Notes: generated from the letters alone by a model not told the origin. Numbered from the stretch's first letter, positions 31,901 through 45,900 are shown. The stretch is DNA of 64,000 nucleotides from Bugula neritina (GCA_964035545.1 OZ037768.1:23655319-23719318); one strand, 5' to 3'. Translations and numbers: made by a program.

Positions 31901-34900
31901 CATGTTCATTATTTAGACACAAATACTAGTTTCTGTTGTGTATTTCTTGCTTTGTGTTGTAGTTGCCTGCTCTTGTTTGAGTTGAGCTGTTGTATGCTTT
32001 GTAGATGCAAAATCAATTAGCCAAGTTAGTTCGTACCAATCAACATCTTCAAATTACTTCTTCGAGTTTCAAATCGGAAACGCACCAGCTGCTGGCCGAG
32101 CAGCGTTATTTGCAAAATACTCTACAAGAAAAAGACAGACAGATAATTAGTATAAGAGATAAGATCTCATTGTCTGAGAAATCACAGCAACAAGACTCTG
32201 TAAGTCTGATTGGCCAAACTCGTTACTTCTGTCCAATCAGAGTGACTGTTAGTCAAAACTATTCTCATCAAGTTTCATTCAGTAGGTTTTTTCCTGAAAC
32301 TCTTAGAGAAAATTTACTAAATACATTTGCTACCAAATTTTAGCAGCCTGAAAACTACTTGATGACCTTTAGGTTTGACCTTGGCAGCGCCCTAGCTGTT
32401 GTACGCTACTTAGTGACACCAGGCTGCCCGTATGAGTTTAGTTGTTGTGCAATGTTGGTCTCTCTCTTGAAGTAAGCTTTATTTCTTCACAGCTTCTCGC
32501 AATGTCGTAACGTTGTGAGACTTTCTTTAAGTTGGTTTAGTATGATTCACTATAAATCAATACATAAACGTACGTTCACAGTCGGTCATCTTCTCAGACA
32601 GACTGCGTTATTGATTATACAGATGCAGACGCAAGTCAATCAGATGCTCTCTAGGGTTAGAGATACAAAAATTATGCACAGTATCAAAACTATGCAGGCT
32701 AAGCACCTTATTGACGAAAAGTCCGAGTTACAAAGCTTACTTCAAGATCGTGACCAACAGCTTCGAGTTATTCTCAAAGAGACTCAGGTGTGATGTACTT
32801 CCTGTTTGGAGTTTTGTCCCTCCTTGTTTACGAGAGTTTATCACATGTCTGCGCAGGGCTGAGGTATAACCACCTGCTATTCTTGACAGCTAGAATCACT
32901 GGTCTAGTGTGACACACTTTATGCTGTGCTGGTAGATTAAATCCCTCCTAGACCATTGATGGGGTCAGGAAGGGGATCCAGTCTCGTCTAACAGCCCTTA
33001 AGCCGTGTTGTCTGCATGGTTTTAGGCAAAATTCATAGTTTAAAAGCAACATGGGGGCCATAAGTATAAGCATATTTAGAGGTTATAATTCTAAATGACT
33101 TATTTTTGGGAATTCAGCTACTTTTGATAAAAACTAAATTTAGAATCATTTGCCATTAATTGATATCTTTACTATTGTTTAAAGAAACTATCAAAGAATC
33201 AAAAGGTCATTTTCAGTCTCACTAGTAGTAGTATGATAGTGCATCTTATCACCAGCCTCTATGTTAGTTAATCATACTAATTGAGATCTAAATTTAGATA
33301 GATTATCATGTTTGCATTATCATAAAGTAAACATGATAATATATAACATGATGATATCACTGCTGAAACCTAGACTGTTGGTAAACTGTTAGTTTTCAAG
33401 AAAAAATATTCCCAGATTTTTTGCTGTGAATGTCTTCAATTTGTAACTTTGTTTACTTTTCATGCAGAGTGATGGTAACCCAAGTTCCAATATTATTGGG
33501 CAAGTAGTAGGGGACGTCAAAGATCCTGAAAATCCACGGTTCACTCTGAATGAACTGAAAGACGTGTTGACTGAACGAAACACACTCAAGTCCAAACTTA
33601 TTGAAATAGAAGAAGAATTGTCTTACTACAAAGCCAAGTATGATATTCACTCACTTCTCTGTAAACTTGAATGCGTGTCTTTCAGCTAGTGAAGAACTCA
33701 TATTTACTAGAAATTGATTGTTTTATCAACTTTCACCTTATAACCAGAAAGTTGAAACAGTCCATGCAGATAAAGTGTAGTTTAGGAGAGAAGTATATAC
33801 TAACTGTGGGAATATGTTATCTAATAAGAAAACTTTCAACAGTTACTTCTATTTTAGTACTTGTAGTTCTGGCATCTGGCCATAAAATATTCCCTTTATT
33901 TGTTATTTCATTGAGTGGGTCTAGTCGAGGATTCAGGGTTATAGTAGTTTAGTAAGTTGTCACTTTGACCTGGAGACCCTCTGTAACTCTTGTAAAATTG
34001 GGTAAATGTTCTGTCAGAGAGAATAAATTTGACTCACTAAAGTAGCATTGGCAAGCATCAACCTGTGAGATAGCAACTCTAGTATTCACATTTAACCTGG
34101 GTTCACATGGTGCTTGTAGAGCCTCTGAAGCTGAAGGTAGTGGAAACGCTAGTTGGCAAGAAGAGGAGTTAGCCTCAGGCCCTACTGACCTGGAAGCATC
34201 ATACACTGGGGAGGTGCAAGGACCCATCAATAAAGAACCCTGGGAAAAGTTACATCCAAATGCAAAACCAATTGAATCTGGAATTAGGAAATTGTAAGTT
34301 GGGTGACGTAATTGTGAAACGTAAAAATCTGAAGAAATTAGAAGTTTTTTTTTCAAAAGAGTATAAGTGGCGCATTGGGATCTACATTAAACAAATTTAT
34401 AAATGAATATATAAAAAACGTCACTATTTGGAGTTAGCTGTTCACAACCAAAGTTAATAAATATGTTTAATATACTGTCTTTGCCAGCTTTGAAGAAGTA
34501 TATCGTAAAGTGAATCTCATTATTCAAGAATAGGATAGAGGTGACTGTAAATATCCTATGATTGTACCAGACCTGTGATAGGTGTTGTGCTGTTCTGTTA
34601 GCAGACGTGCTGCTCTGTTAGCAGACGTTCTGTTCTGTTAGCAGACGTGTGCTCTATTGCTTCTTTATATAGCTTATGATTACAATATACACCTTCACAG
34701 TCACTATGGCAACAATATTAGATTATACAGCATCATATTAGTTCAATCTCCCAAATTTCTACTTTATCTGACTGATTGTGTAGTATTCTTCAGCAAATAC
34801 CTGCATATTTGGAAAAATTGTCAGTTGAAGAGGATGAATTTAAAAATTAGAAGTAGATATTAAATTTTACGTAATCTCAACTTCTACTAGGGTTATATGA

Positions 34901-35619
34901 CTTCTACTAGAACTATATGACTGCTACTAAGGCTATGGTAAACGCTCTGTGCAAATGTCAACGTATTGTCTCACCATTTCTTTTCATATACCCTTCAGCT
35001 TTGAAAGGTTCCCAGTGGAACTGCCAGAGACTATAAAAGTGAACATAGTGGCTGGCGAATTAGCCAGCTACGCTCAAGCTCGAGGTGACTTTGTGTTGTC
35101 AATTTGCACTGACTTCTCTCCCATATAGTGAGAGAACTCAGTGCCAGTGTTCAGATAAATGGATTTTGGCTATGCTTGCAATAAGCCCTCAATTTTAGAA
35201 GTTTCTTATTAATTTGTGTTTTTTGGTTTTTAAATTTTAGTTTTTGTTGTGGAAGTTGAGTATGAGTTATCTCTCCTTGATCTCTGTGTTTAATTTCAAA
35301 GCTGCTGGGTGACGATATGTAAACCTGTTGTGACATCACCTCTAATTCTTCTGCTTCGTATTATATTAGTTATAGTTTAGGACTAACTTATACTTAATGT
35401 TAGTAGAAATGTGAATTCCTCATCCATTCTATGTCTGCTATTCCACACGCTTGGTTAGAATCATTTCCAATGCATTTAATGACTCATCAGAAATTTTAAA
35501 TTATTTTATTGAATAATATTTTCAGCTTCAAGTTTCTGGGATTTGAGAATAAATCGCAACAGCACCGCAGCGACAGGCGTACAAACACGAGATTCGGCTC
35601 AAAGACAAGAGCGTCCTAA
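28904..35619 (+). CDS. RILPL1: RILP-like protein (RH1 + RH2 domains)
   Basis: Exons 28901-29197 (RH1: DVYDSAALIGKDFEYLIEQYG..LMPKVIKVLEQLE), 29662-29800, 31236-31351, 32005-32199 and/or 32623-32787, 33468-33637 (RH2: DPENPRFTLNELKDVLTERNTLK), 34120-34293 (VQGPINKEP..ESGIRK), terminal exon 35526-35619 (alternatives at 34488 and 34999). Confidence 0.92.
32890..33010 (+). mobile_element. Degenerate tRNA-derived SINE copy
   Basis: A-box-like TGGTCTAGTG at 32900, degenerate B-box (GATTAAATCCC), then GACCATTGATGGGGTCAGGAAGGGGATCCAG; related sequence at ~48890-48930. Confidence 0.5.
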
Positions 35620-36952
35620 GAGCGAGATGCTGCACACCAAATGAGCGACATTTCTCAGCTTATCTTGCCTTGAAAACTCATGTATCTCAAATGACAATCA
35701 CTGACGTCCACGGTTGAATCCGTTTAATTTTAAAGAGGTAGAATCTGAGCACCAAATTTATCGATGAGATTACCTTGTGCCACTGACGAATTCAACGACA
35801 ACACTATTATATATGTCTGTGTAACTCATCCATTTGTCCAACATTTATTAGCTAATTTTTGTAACTATGTGTTAAAAATGATAACAGAATGAGTTTTTAT
35901 TTTATTTCAACATTTTGTGTAAGTAAGCAGTTACTATTATTCTAAATAGTTTTGTCTTAGCTATTTCAATGTAAATTTGTAAGATATTTTTCGGATGTAT
36001 GTTGTCCTACATTGCTTATTTTAACCGCTCAGCTACATGTATGTAACTTTTACTTTATTTTCTTATACTTTTACAAAACAGTGTATTAGTAGATCTCCTA
36101 GCTACTTATTTGGGTGACTCAAACAGATTCCACACTGAGCATGCTCAGTAGACATTTGCCGTCAACCACCCATCTGTTCCATGTGAATTTGTTGTAATTT
36201 CTTTTAAATTGGGTCTCATTCAGGTCTATCATTCCTTTTTTTGACTTTACGCATTGTGGTAATTAACCAAACGAATTTTATTTATAACTGTTTTTATTTT
36301 GAATAAAATAAAACTTATAACCATTCAAAAATAATTGCAAATATTGGCAAAATAATATTTCAACTGTGCACAAAGTAGAACGGTAACAAATACCTATAAT
36401 CTACAGCAAAAGCGTTGATCTTTCACTCAACTAACATAAGAATTTCAGTGAGCAAACCCTATCAGTAAGACATGGAAGGAATGGAAGAAATTGGAATTAC
36501 ATGAAAACAACATGACCTCTAGAGCAAGAAGTACACATTGTTGTATAGGTAAAAGCAGAAACGACTTTGCTGCAGTTGTTGCAACCTTACTATGTCATAC
36601 GTTCACTGTACAGAATCACCGGTACGCTAACAACGAGGCTCACAAAACATTTCTACTTTTATTCCCTTATTTCAACGCTACATACGAGTAATTTTTGTAT
36701 ATTTTACATGTTTTCTAATATACCAGCAGACAGGTACGTATGGGGAAACACATAATACCTGAGTTAGTGAGTTTCTATACAAGTAATGAACAAGTGTACA
36801 TATCGCTGGTTATCACTACGTAAGTATACATCTTATATACAGCATATTTCACTATCTATGTATATATTCTATATACAATAATTTCCTAATGAGTGATAAG
36901 CCAAGAAAAAGCTCAGGCAGGTACATGTCCTCAGACAAGGAATAGACTGAGT

Positions 36953-39900
36953 TCAGGCCACCGTAGACAAAGCTCCCTCCCTAGGTTGATTGTCCTTCTG
37001 CCTTAATACTGTAGTCAGAGTCTTGACACAGAGTGAAGGTATGAGAGTTCCTGCAAGTAGAAACCAACCAATCAGAGCTGGCCTTATGGTAACAAAGCAT
37101 TATACTATTTCGTGTGGATAAAGTTAATAAAACCTCACAAATACTCAAACCTTGCTTTAACAAAACGCCCCCATGTCAGACTTTCTGTGTGAGTATCTTA
37201 CCGACAATACGCTGGCCGGAGTCAGTCCGTAGCCTGATAACCTGCATCTTGTTGTTGTGAGCTCCGGGGGAGGAGGCTATGGCCATCTCGACCTTGTTCC
37301 AGACGCTGAGCACGGAGCCGGTCAGCACGTGGTAAGACCGAGTTCGTAGACCCACTTCACACGTCAGACCTGCGGGGGACAGCAAAGTACATACAGGTGA
37401 ACAGAAGAAGTGGGCGTCAAGAAACTTAGCCTATTATTACAAGAAGGGTGAGAAGGAAACCGAGGCTACAGACGTACCGGAAGAGACGCGTCTGCACGAG
37501 CCCTTCCACCAGATGTGAGTGCAGACGGAGGCCGACTCGTCGTACTGCTCCTCCCAGAGGTCCTCCGCGTCGTCTGGTCTCGCTCTCTTGTACTTCTTCT
37601 TTAGGTCGGGGAGGGACTCCATCTTGGGAGAGAGTCCGGTGTTGGGACGGTACACCTGGTACAACTTCTCTCTCTTCTTGCCTCCAGATATAGCGACAGC
37701 GAGAATTGCCGCTGCCTTCCCTTGTTTCCGTTGCTGCCGAAAGACAAAATATTCATTACACGAAAACTCTACAGAGAATGGTTGTAATTATACTGGTAGA
37801 CTTACAGCTAGACTGGTAGACTTACAGCTACACTCACAGTTATACAGTTACACTTACAGTTATACAGTTACAGTTATACAGTTACAGTTATACAGTTACA
37901 CTTACAGTTAGACTGGTAGACTTACAGTTACACTTACAGCTACACTCACAGTTAGACTGGTAGACTTACAGTTACACTTACAGTTAGACTGGTGTAGAAG
38001 CCGTCATCTGACCCCACGTGGTCCCTCCACACGTCCATAGCCTTCTCCCAGCTCAGTCCTCTCTCCACGCCAACAGTGACCAGCTCCGTCTTGGCCACGC
38101 TGCCACCCCACTCCTGCTCAAACACCGTTTTGCCGAGCACTTTGACGAACTCTCCACCAGCCCCCAGGTCCAGGATGCCCATGTCCCACTTGCCGTTACG
38201 CTTGGCCTGCAGGATGACGGCCTGCAGAGTCTCGGTGAAGTACTGGAAGAGGGCGTTCTGCTGCTCCACTGGCAGACCGAGGATTCTGTTGAGGAACTTG
38301 CTGATGACATTGTAATCTGCAGCATACAACAGAGAAGTAACGTGAGAGTTCATTGGATGAAATATCATGCTATAGTAACCCAGTCAGCCTAATCAGCAAT
38401 GTGTGGACAGGCCCCAGCATTGTAACCAGAAGTTATGTTCATACCACACATGAAATTTCAATATAATAACATAATGAAAAGATTGGCGTGAGACATCTTA
38501 AACAGCAGGGAATGATTGATTGCAGTCACAATCCATCAGCCGCGACAAGTGAGGATAACTCTACCTACCTTTCTCGAGGGTAGCCATCTTGGAAGGGTTT
38601 TCCCAGTTTACTAAACCAACACCGACTAGAGATTCTTTGACGTCTGCAATGTGCAGTTATAGTATTACAATGACATCACACAGACCACCGATAGAAGTCA
38701 CTAAAAGACAACAGAGCTGCGTACAGGAAGTATAATACTCACCTTCCATAAAGTTGCCTTTGTAAGTGGACGGAGGGGAAACCAGCGGCTTTTCATACCC
38801 CACTATACTCTTCATAACTATCTCTAGGGCTGTCCTGCCGTACTACACAACATACAAACATATAGTAGACATCATAAATTCACACATTCAAAGTACAGAA
38901 GCACTTTGTCCCTTTAAACCATCCTGAGGAACAGATGAGAGTTCTGAATAACCTGGAAACAGAGAAGATGCTATTCCAATGGAGTACAGGAAGCAGTGGG
39001 TTACACGCAGCATTGTCACATTGTCCGAGAGCTAACAGAAACCACAGAGAATAAACATTTGGACTGGCAACAGACAGACAGAGCACCAGCAATAGACTAT
39101 AGGAAAAGAAGGGAGAAAGAGACATGATACCTTGTTGTCAATATTGAACTGACTGAGATCCCTAGACTCAGTGGCTCTTCTGTCACCGTGTGTCAGCGCT
39201 CCCTACAAACACAGCCACAGTACAGAACACAGTCTACGTTCAGCAAAGAGAAGCTGCTAACAGACAGGCTCTAGCACAGCACAGCACAGCACGGCGATGT
39301 GGATGTGATGCGAGACGTACCAGACACTCGAGTCTCTTGGCGACTGTGGAGGCGAACCGTCTCTCCCCGGCCAGCTCCGAGATGAGGAACATGTACTCCG
39401 GGGCGCTGACCTGGTTGGAACGGTGAGTTCTGCCAAACTGCTGGATGGCTCTGTCAGCGCTCCACGGCAGCTCCAGAGTTATGTGTAGCCGTCTGCGCTG
39501 GTTGTTGACGCGTCTGTCAGCTTGCAGCGAGATTCCTGTGTGTACAATGTGCGGTGTATTAATACATTATACCATATGATGTATGCTGTATACTGTATAA
39601 ACTACATTAGATTACAGGGCTGCTCACTGATTGGCTACTCACCAGAGCTAGCAGCCTCTGATATGATGGCTATCAACTTCTCGCCGTCCATGAACCTCTG
39701 TTTCTCCGTCAGGTTAAGGATCTCCAGGCCGACGTCCTGAGCAGTTCTCAGCTCGTAGTTGATAGCTCCGGTCTCATCACTCACGACCCGCCCCTTCCTG
39801 CCCGTCATCTGCAGGAGGTACATACTCAGTATGCAGATTAACTGATGAGAAATAGGAGATTATCTCCCTTGTTTGAATGTTAGTAGTAAGTTATAATTAA

Positions 39901-42900
39901 CAAACATTGAAATATAAGTATAAGCAGTACCGAAGGCCCCTAGAGATGCTTGCGAGGTGGAATAACATATCTCTCAATGCAAGTAACATGTCGTCACCCT
40001 GAAGTAGCACAACCTGCACTCACCTCAGCCACCTTGTCAACTCCACCAAACGAGTCAATCAGCTCATCCAATGTGTTGGAGGGGAGATGATTTCCAATCT
40101 TCTCAATCTTAGCCAAGAGTTCTTTCTTTAGAGCTGAGGCTTTCTCTTTAGCCTGTTCTGGTGTTAGTGTGTTGTTGGAGGACAACTCCCGCTTTACTTC
40201 CACATCTAAAAGTATACACAGGTGAGTAGATACAGGTAAGTAGATACAGGAGTATATGCAGGTAAGTATATACAGGTAAGTAGATACAGGTAAGTATATA
40301 CAGGTAAGTATATACAGGAGTATACACAGGTGAGTATATACAGGTAAGTACATACAGGTAAGTAATACATACAGGTAAGTAGTACATGCAGGTAAGTATA
40401 TACAGGTAAGTATACGAACCATTCTGCTGGGACTTGTGAGCGGAAGATTTGGTGGACTTCCTGTTGAAGACGGAATCCATCAACTCGTCTATCTCAGAGC
40501 CGGACATCTCAGATGACGAGTCTCCGCCCTGTTTACCGTTTCTAATCTTTTTTGATTTGTGATTGGACGATTTTCTGCAGCACGAAACACAACAGTATAT
40601 ATAGTATATAACAGTATACACTACATATATACAGTACACAGTATACACTACATATATACAGTACACACTACATATACACAGTATACACTACATATATACA
40701 GTACACACTACATATATACAGTACACAGTATACACTACATATATACAGTACACAGTACACACTACATATATACAGTACACAGTATACACTACATATATAC
40801 AGTACACACTACATATATACAGTACACAGTACACACTACATATATACAGTACACAGAATACACTACATATATACAGTACACACTACATATACACAGTATA
40901 CACTACATATATACAGTACACAGTATACACTACATATATACAGTACACAGTATACACTACGTATTTACAGTATACAGTACACACTACATATACACAGTAT
41001 ACACTACATATATACAGTACACAGTACACACTACATATATACAGTACACAGAATACACTACATATATACAGTACACAGTACACACTACATATATACAGTA
41101 CACAGTACACACTACATATATACAGTACACAGAATACACTACATATATACAGTACACAGTACACACTACATATATACAGTACACAGTACACACTACATAT
41201 ATACAGTACACAGAATACACTACATATATACAGTACACAGTATACACTACATATATACAGTATACACTACATATACACAGTACACACTACATATATACAG
41301 TACACAGTACACACTACATATACACAGTACACAGTATACACTACATATATACAGTATACACTACATATATACAGTACACACTACGTATTTACAGTATACA
41401 ACGCAAAAACTCACTTGACTTTCGATGAACTTTCAGGGTCAGATTTTACTTTCTTTGCGACTTTTAACGGTTTGTCTGACTTTTTCCGTTTAGTGCCTTT
41501 TTTACTTTTAGATTTTTTCAACCATGGATCTGAATTCAAAGTAAATTAACAGTCTGTAAGCTTTCCACATACTTAGAAGTGGGTCACACTAATACTAGCA
41601 TATTGTGTGGACAGTGAAATCAAATTCTCTTTTCAATAACCTGGAAATACTACAGCAGCAACTTTTTTTACAAGCATGCTTTAGTATCACTAGAAAATCT
41701 AAGATATATTCAACAGAGTTGGTATACATTACACCCCACTGTACTCTTCAAAGAGCACATAACTCCACTGCGTAGGATATTATCTAATGACTCATTACAG
41801 AAGAGAAGTGTCAGCAGACTATCTAGTATTACTATTAGCTACTCAACTCTCTGAAACACAGCTGTGCACTATATCTATCACAGCTTATAGAATACAAGGC
41901 TAAGCACTTCAACGTCTACTGGTCAAGTAGAAACATGTGCTACCAAGAGCTCTTAGTAACAACAGACATTTCCTGTTAAACCGCTCACCGATCTGTATAC
42001 TGTACATAGTAATACGTTAATAAGAGTGAGACAATTCCAATATCTTCTCGATAGCATCAGCAACACTTATAAACACAACAAACACCAGTCCACGCCAAGA
42101 CAGGGTAATGCTAGCCTACCATCATCACTGTCTGATCCGTTAAACGGGTTGAAATCATCTTCCTCTGATGTAACTTCCTCCTCGGACGACTTTTCATCCT
42201 GAGAAAAATTGCTTTCATCATCTGACGGCTGAAACTCGCTCTCGCTGGAGGAAGGAGACTCGTCACTGAGTTCCGTTTCCTTATACAAGCTGCCGGCGCC
42301 GGACCTGGTCTTCCCCGACTGTGTCTTCAAGGACGCTGCCACAGGAAACAGGAAGTGTGGTGAGTGCAGCAGAAACTCAAAAAGTACTTGAAATCTTGTA
42401 GCTAGTTTGCTACCTCTTAAATATCTTTATAATAACTAAAGAATTCAAACCGAAGAATTCTAATTCAGAACTGAAATATAAGAATACCTTTACGTTTGTT
42501 TCCAGCGAGTATATTGGTAAGACTGATGTCATCAAATATGCTGTTCTTCTTGTCTCTCAGACCAAAGATGTCTAGGGTTTTCTGAGTATCTGGTGCCGGG
42601 AAATGCTTCTCTATCAGAGTTTGAAAAACGCCCCTGAACAAGGCAAGTAAAGAATTACTCAATAACACAATACTCAGTAAGACAATACTCAATGCTTTAC
42701 ACAACACGTGTAAACAAAGACAATCCGAGATTAGAGACAAACAATCCGAGATTAGAGACAAACTAACTTTGCAGTAGACACAAAGTCCGTGAGCTCTCCG
42801 CCCATTTCCTCCAGCTGCTCCAGCGTTCGAGCTTCTCCCGTCGACTGCAGACCTATCACCACGCACTTCTTGTTGCGCAGAGCTTCTTTGGCTATCTTTA

Positions 42901-45900
42901 TGGCAAACTGCACTTTGGAGGAAATGCAGAGGTACTTGAAGAAGCGTTGGTGTGACGACCAGAACTGACCCCACATTGACTTCTTCATGGACCTCTCAGC
43001 CTCTATCAACTCGGCTGCTTCAGCAAACTTCTTTCTTGCATCAACCCACTGAATAACAATAGAAGTCAATGTTACCTCAGCACACACGGGTAGTCAAACA
43101 TTAGTTGGTTAGCAATAGCAGTAGCAGGAACTTATCATCACACCGGCTCAAATCCACACGTCTCGCATGTGTATACAGAACTAGAACTTAGCCTACAATC
43201 ACAGCTACACAGATGAGCTGGGAAAGAGAGGAGATAAACAGGAAATAGTGACTCACCAACTCTACCGCTTGGTTGTATATTTTTATACTCTCTTTTGGCA
43301 CTGGAATGTCTTCTATCTTGAATGAGACGCCCTGGAAGCTGAGCTGCCGGGCGATATACATGCCTCGGAGTTTCATGTCCATGGCTACCAGTTCCATGGC
43401 CCCGACACCCCGTCTCTCCACTGCCTGCAGATAATAGTATTCCACTCAAGCTAACATCAGTGAACACACACTAGACATCAGTGAACACAAACTAGACATC
43501 AGTGAACACACACTAGACATCAGTGTACACACACCAGACATACACACTGGAACTCACCTGTATGAAGTCGTTGAACTCAGTGAAGGGAGTGCCTGTCCCC
43601 CAGAGCCCGAGTCTACTCATATACGCCATGTTGCGGGGCTCACTGGCCCCAGTGGCGCTGGCGTACACCACCCTAGCCTTGGGGAGCTTCTTCTGCAGCT
43701 CCAGCACACACATACCTGTCTTGGTGGGCTTCGACGAGCCGGTGGGGCACAAGTTCTTAGCCTTGTGGCACTCGTCAAACACAATCTGACACTCAATTAA
43801 GGAGACAATAAGAGTTCCCTGACATTACATACTATTTGAGAAAGAAGTCTTCATATTCATCAATATTCCCAAAACATCCACAAAACACCAACAAAAGAAA
43901 ATTAACTTTAGTTTGGTAGTTTTTAACCAGCCTGGTAGCTCTGGTCATGTGACCACCCGCCGGGATGAGCACAAAGAAGTGCAGACTACCACCGCACTGC
44001 TAAGATAAGACTCAAGAGAGGAAATGAGGATAGAAAGGATACAACACCATCAAAGTCGGCGCCACACCAGTTGAGTAACATCTTCATCCGGGTTCGGTAT
44101 TTCCCGCTGGACTGACTCTCTCCAATGAGCGACGAGTAGGTGGAGAAAATAACTCCCTTCTTTACATTTCCATTTTCTGATGACGAAATCTTGGAATACT
44201 TGAACTACAAGAGACACCCGAGTATAGAGAGCAGACTTCATGTTAAACAGCCACAATACTCAACTCACAGAGCGGGGACGTCGTATCAACCACCCACCTT
44301 ATTCAACGCGTAGACTGGGATCTTTGAAGCACCAATATCGCTGAGGTCCCTTTCCGCGTCTACTTTCAAATCAGCACTGACACTAAACCTAACAAAACAA
44401 GACAAACCCTTCAGTTACACGTAACTCTCAACCATACCAAACATTGTTTACAGACACAGGAAACTGCCTTCCTCACCAGAGAGCTCGTTTCCTGCCGCAC
44501 AAGTAGTTTTCATATATAACTCCAGCGACAGTTCTGCCTTTGCCGACACCGGCTCCGTCCCCGATGAGATAGCCGGCTCTATCCCCACACGGCAGTATTG
44601 TCTCGTGACGCTGACAGGAGTAGATAATAGCCTCTAGCTGCAGGGCTGATAACTCCCCGCCATCAATTATCTGTTTAACAGACGAACATACCAGACGTAT
44701 TACAGAGTAGTATAGAGTAGTACTGAGTAGTACAGAGTAGTACAGAGTAGTACAGAGTAGTACAGAGTAGTACAGAGTAGTGAGTAGTAGTGAGTACTGA
44801 GTAATACTGAGAGTGAGTAATACTGTATAGTGAGTAGTAGTACTAAGAGTTACTCACCTCTTCAGGAATGCTGAGGTCGTACCAGACATCTGGAGGAGCG
44901 ACAGACGAAAGAGAAGACGTCTCAACCACAGAGTCTGGGTGTCGTACACCAATCTTTACTAAACAAATGTAACAAATATATTACATACACAGCACACTCT
45001 ACAGTATACTCTACAGTATACTACTCTACACTCTACAGTATACTCCACAGTATACAGTATACTACTCTACACTCTACAGTATACTACACACACTCTACAG
45101 TATACTACACACACTCTACAGTATACAGTATACTACACACACTCTACAGTATACTACTCTACACTCTACAGTATACTACACTCTCTACAGTATACTAGAC
45201 ACACTCTACAGTATACTAGACAAACTCTACAGTATACTACACACTCTACAGTATACTACACACACTCTACAGTATACTACACACTCTACAGTATACTACA
45301 CACGCTCTACAGTATACTACACACACTCTACAGTATACAGTATACTACACACACTCTACAGTATACTAGACACACTCTACAGTATACTACACACTCTACA
45401 GTATACTACACACACTCTACAGTATACTACACACACTCTACAGTATACAGTATACTACACACACTCTACAGTATACTAGACACACTCTACAGTATACTAC
45501 ACACACTCTACAGTATACTACACACTCTACAGTATACAGTATACTACACTGTACAGCACATGATAAACTCAAGTAGTAGTAGACTGAGAGTCAAACCTTT
45601 AGAAGGCATGTAGTCCGAGTACGTCTCAGCCACACCCAACTCCTCGTCGTCTTCTGCTTCTTCCTCCTCGTCCGGAGTTTTCACAGACGGCTGTTGAGAG
45701 AGAATCTCGTATTACATCAGAGCAACACATGATAATATTACGTGAAAAGAGAAGGCAACTGCTGATCACTCTTAGAATATTCTAGATACTATCTGCTAGC
45801 CGTGTTTACACCTGAACTTAGAGTCTTAAACTTTTGGTGATGTGTTTTCGTAAACATATCAGGTGCTGACAGAATGAGTGTAACACAGCTAGGAGTAAGT

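Noticed and set aside
32850-33000. Structured GC-rich segment as a snoRNA or splicing element
   Set aside because: Better explained as a tRNA-SINE copy (A-box, degenerate B-box, second copy near 48890); no convincing H/ACA or C/D boxes.
37448-38392. Plus-strand ORFs overlapping SBNO1 exons (similar cases at 54592 and 59873)
   Set aside because: Antisense shadows of genuine coding sequence.
40559-41428. 289-aa Tyr/Thr/His-rich ORF and its antisense ORFs
   Set aside because: Minisatellite translation within an SBNO1 intron.
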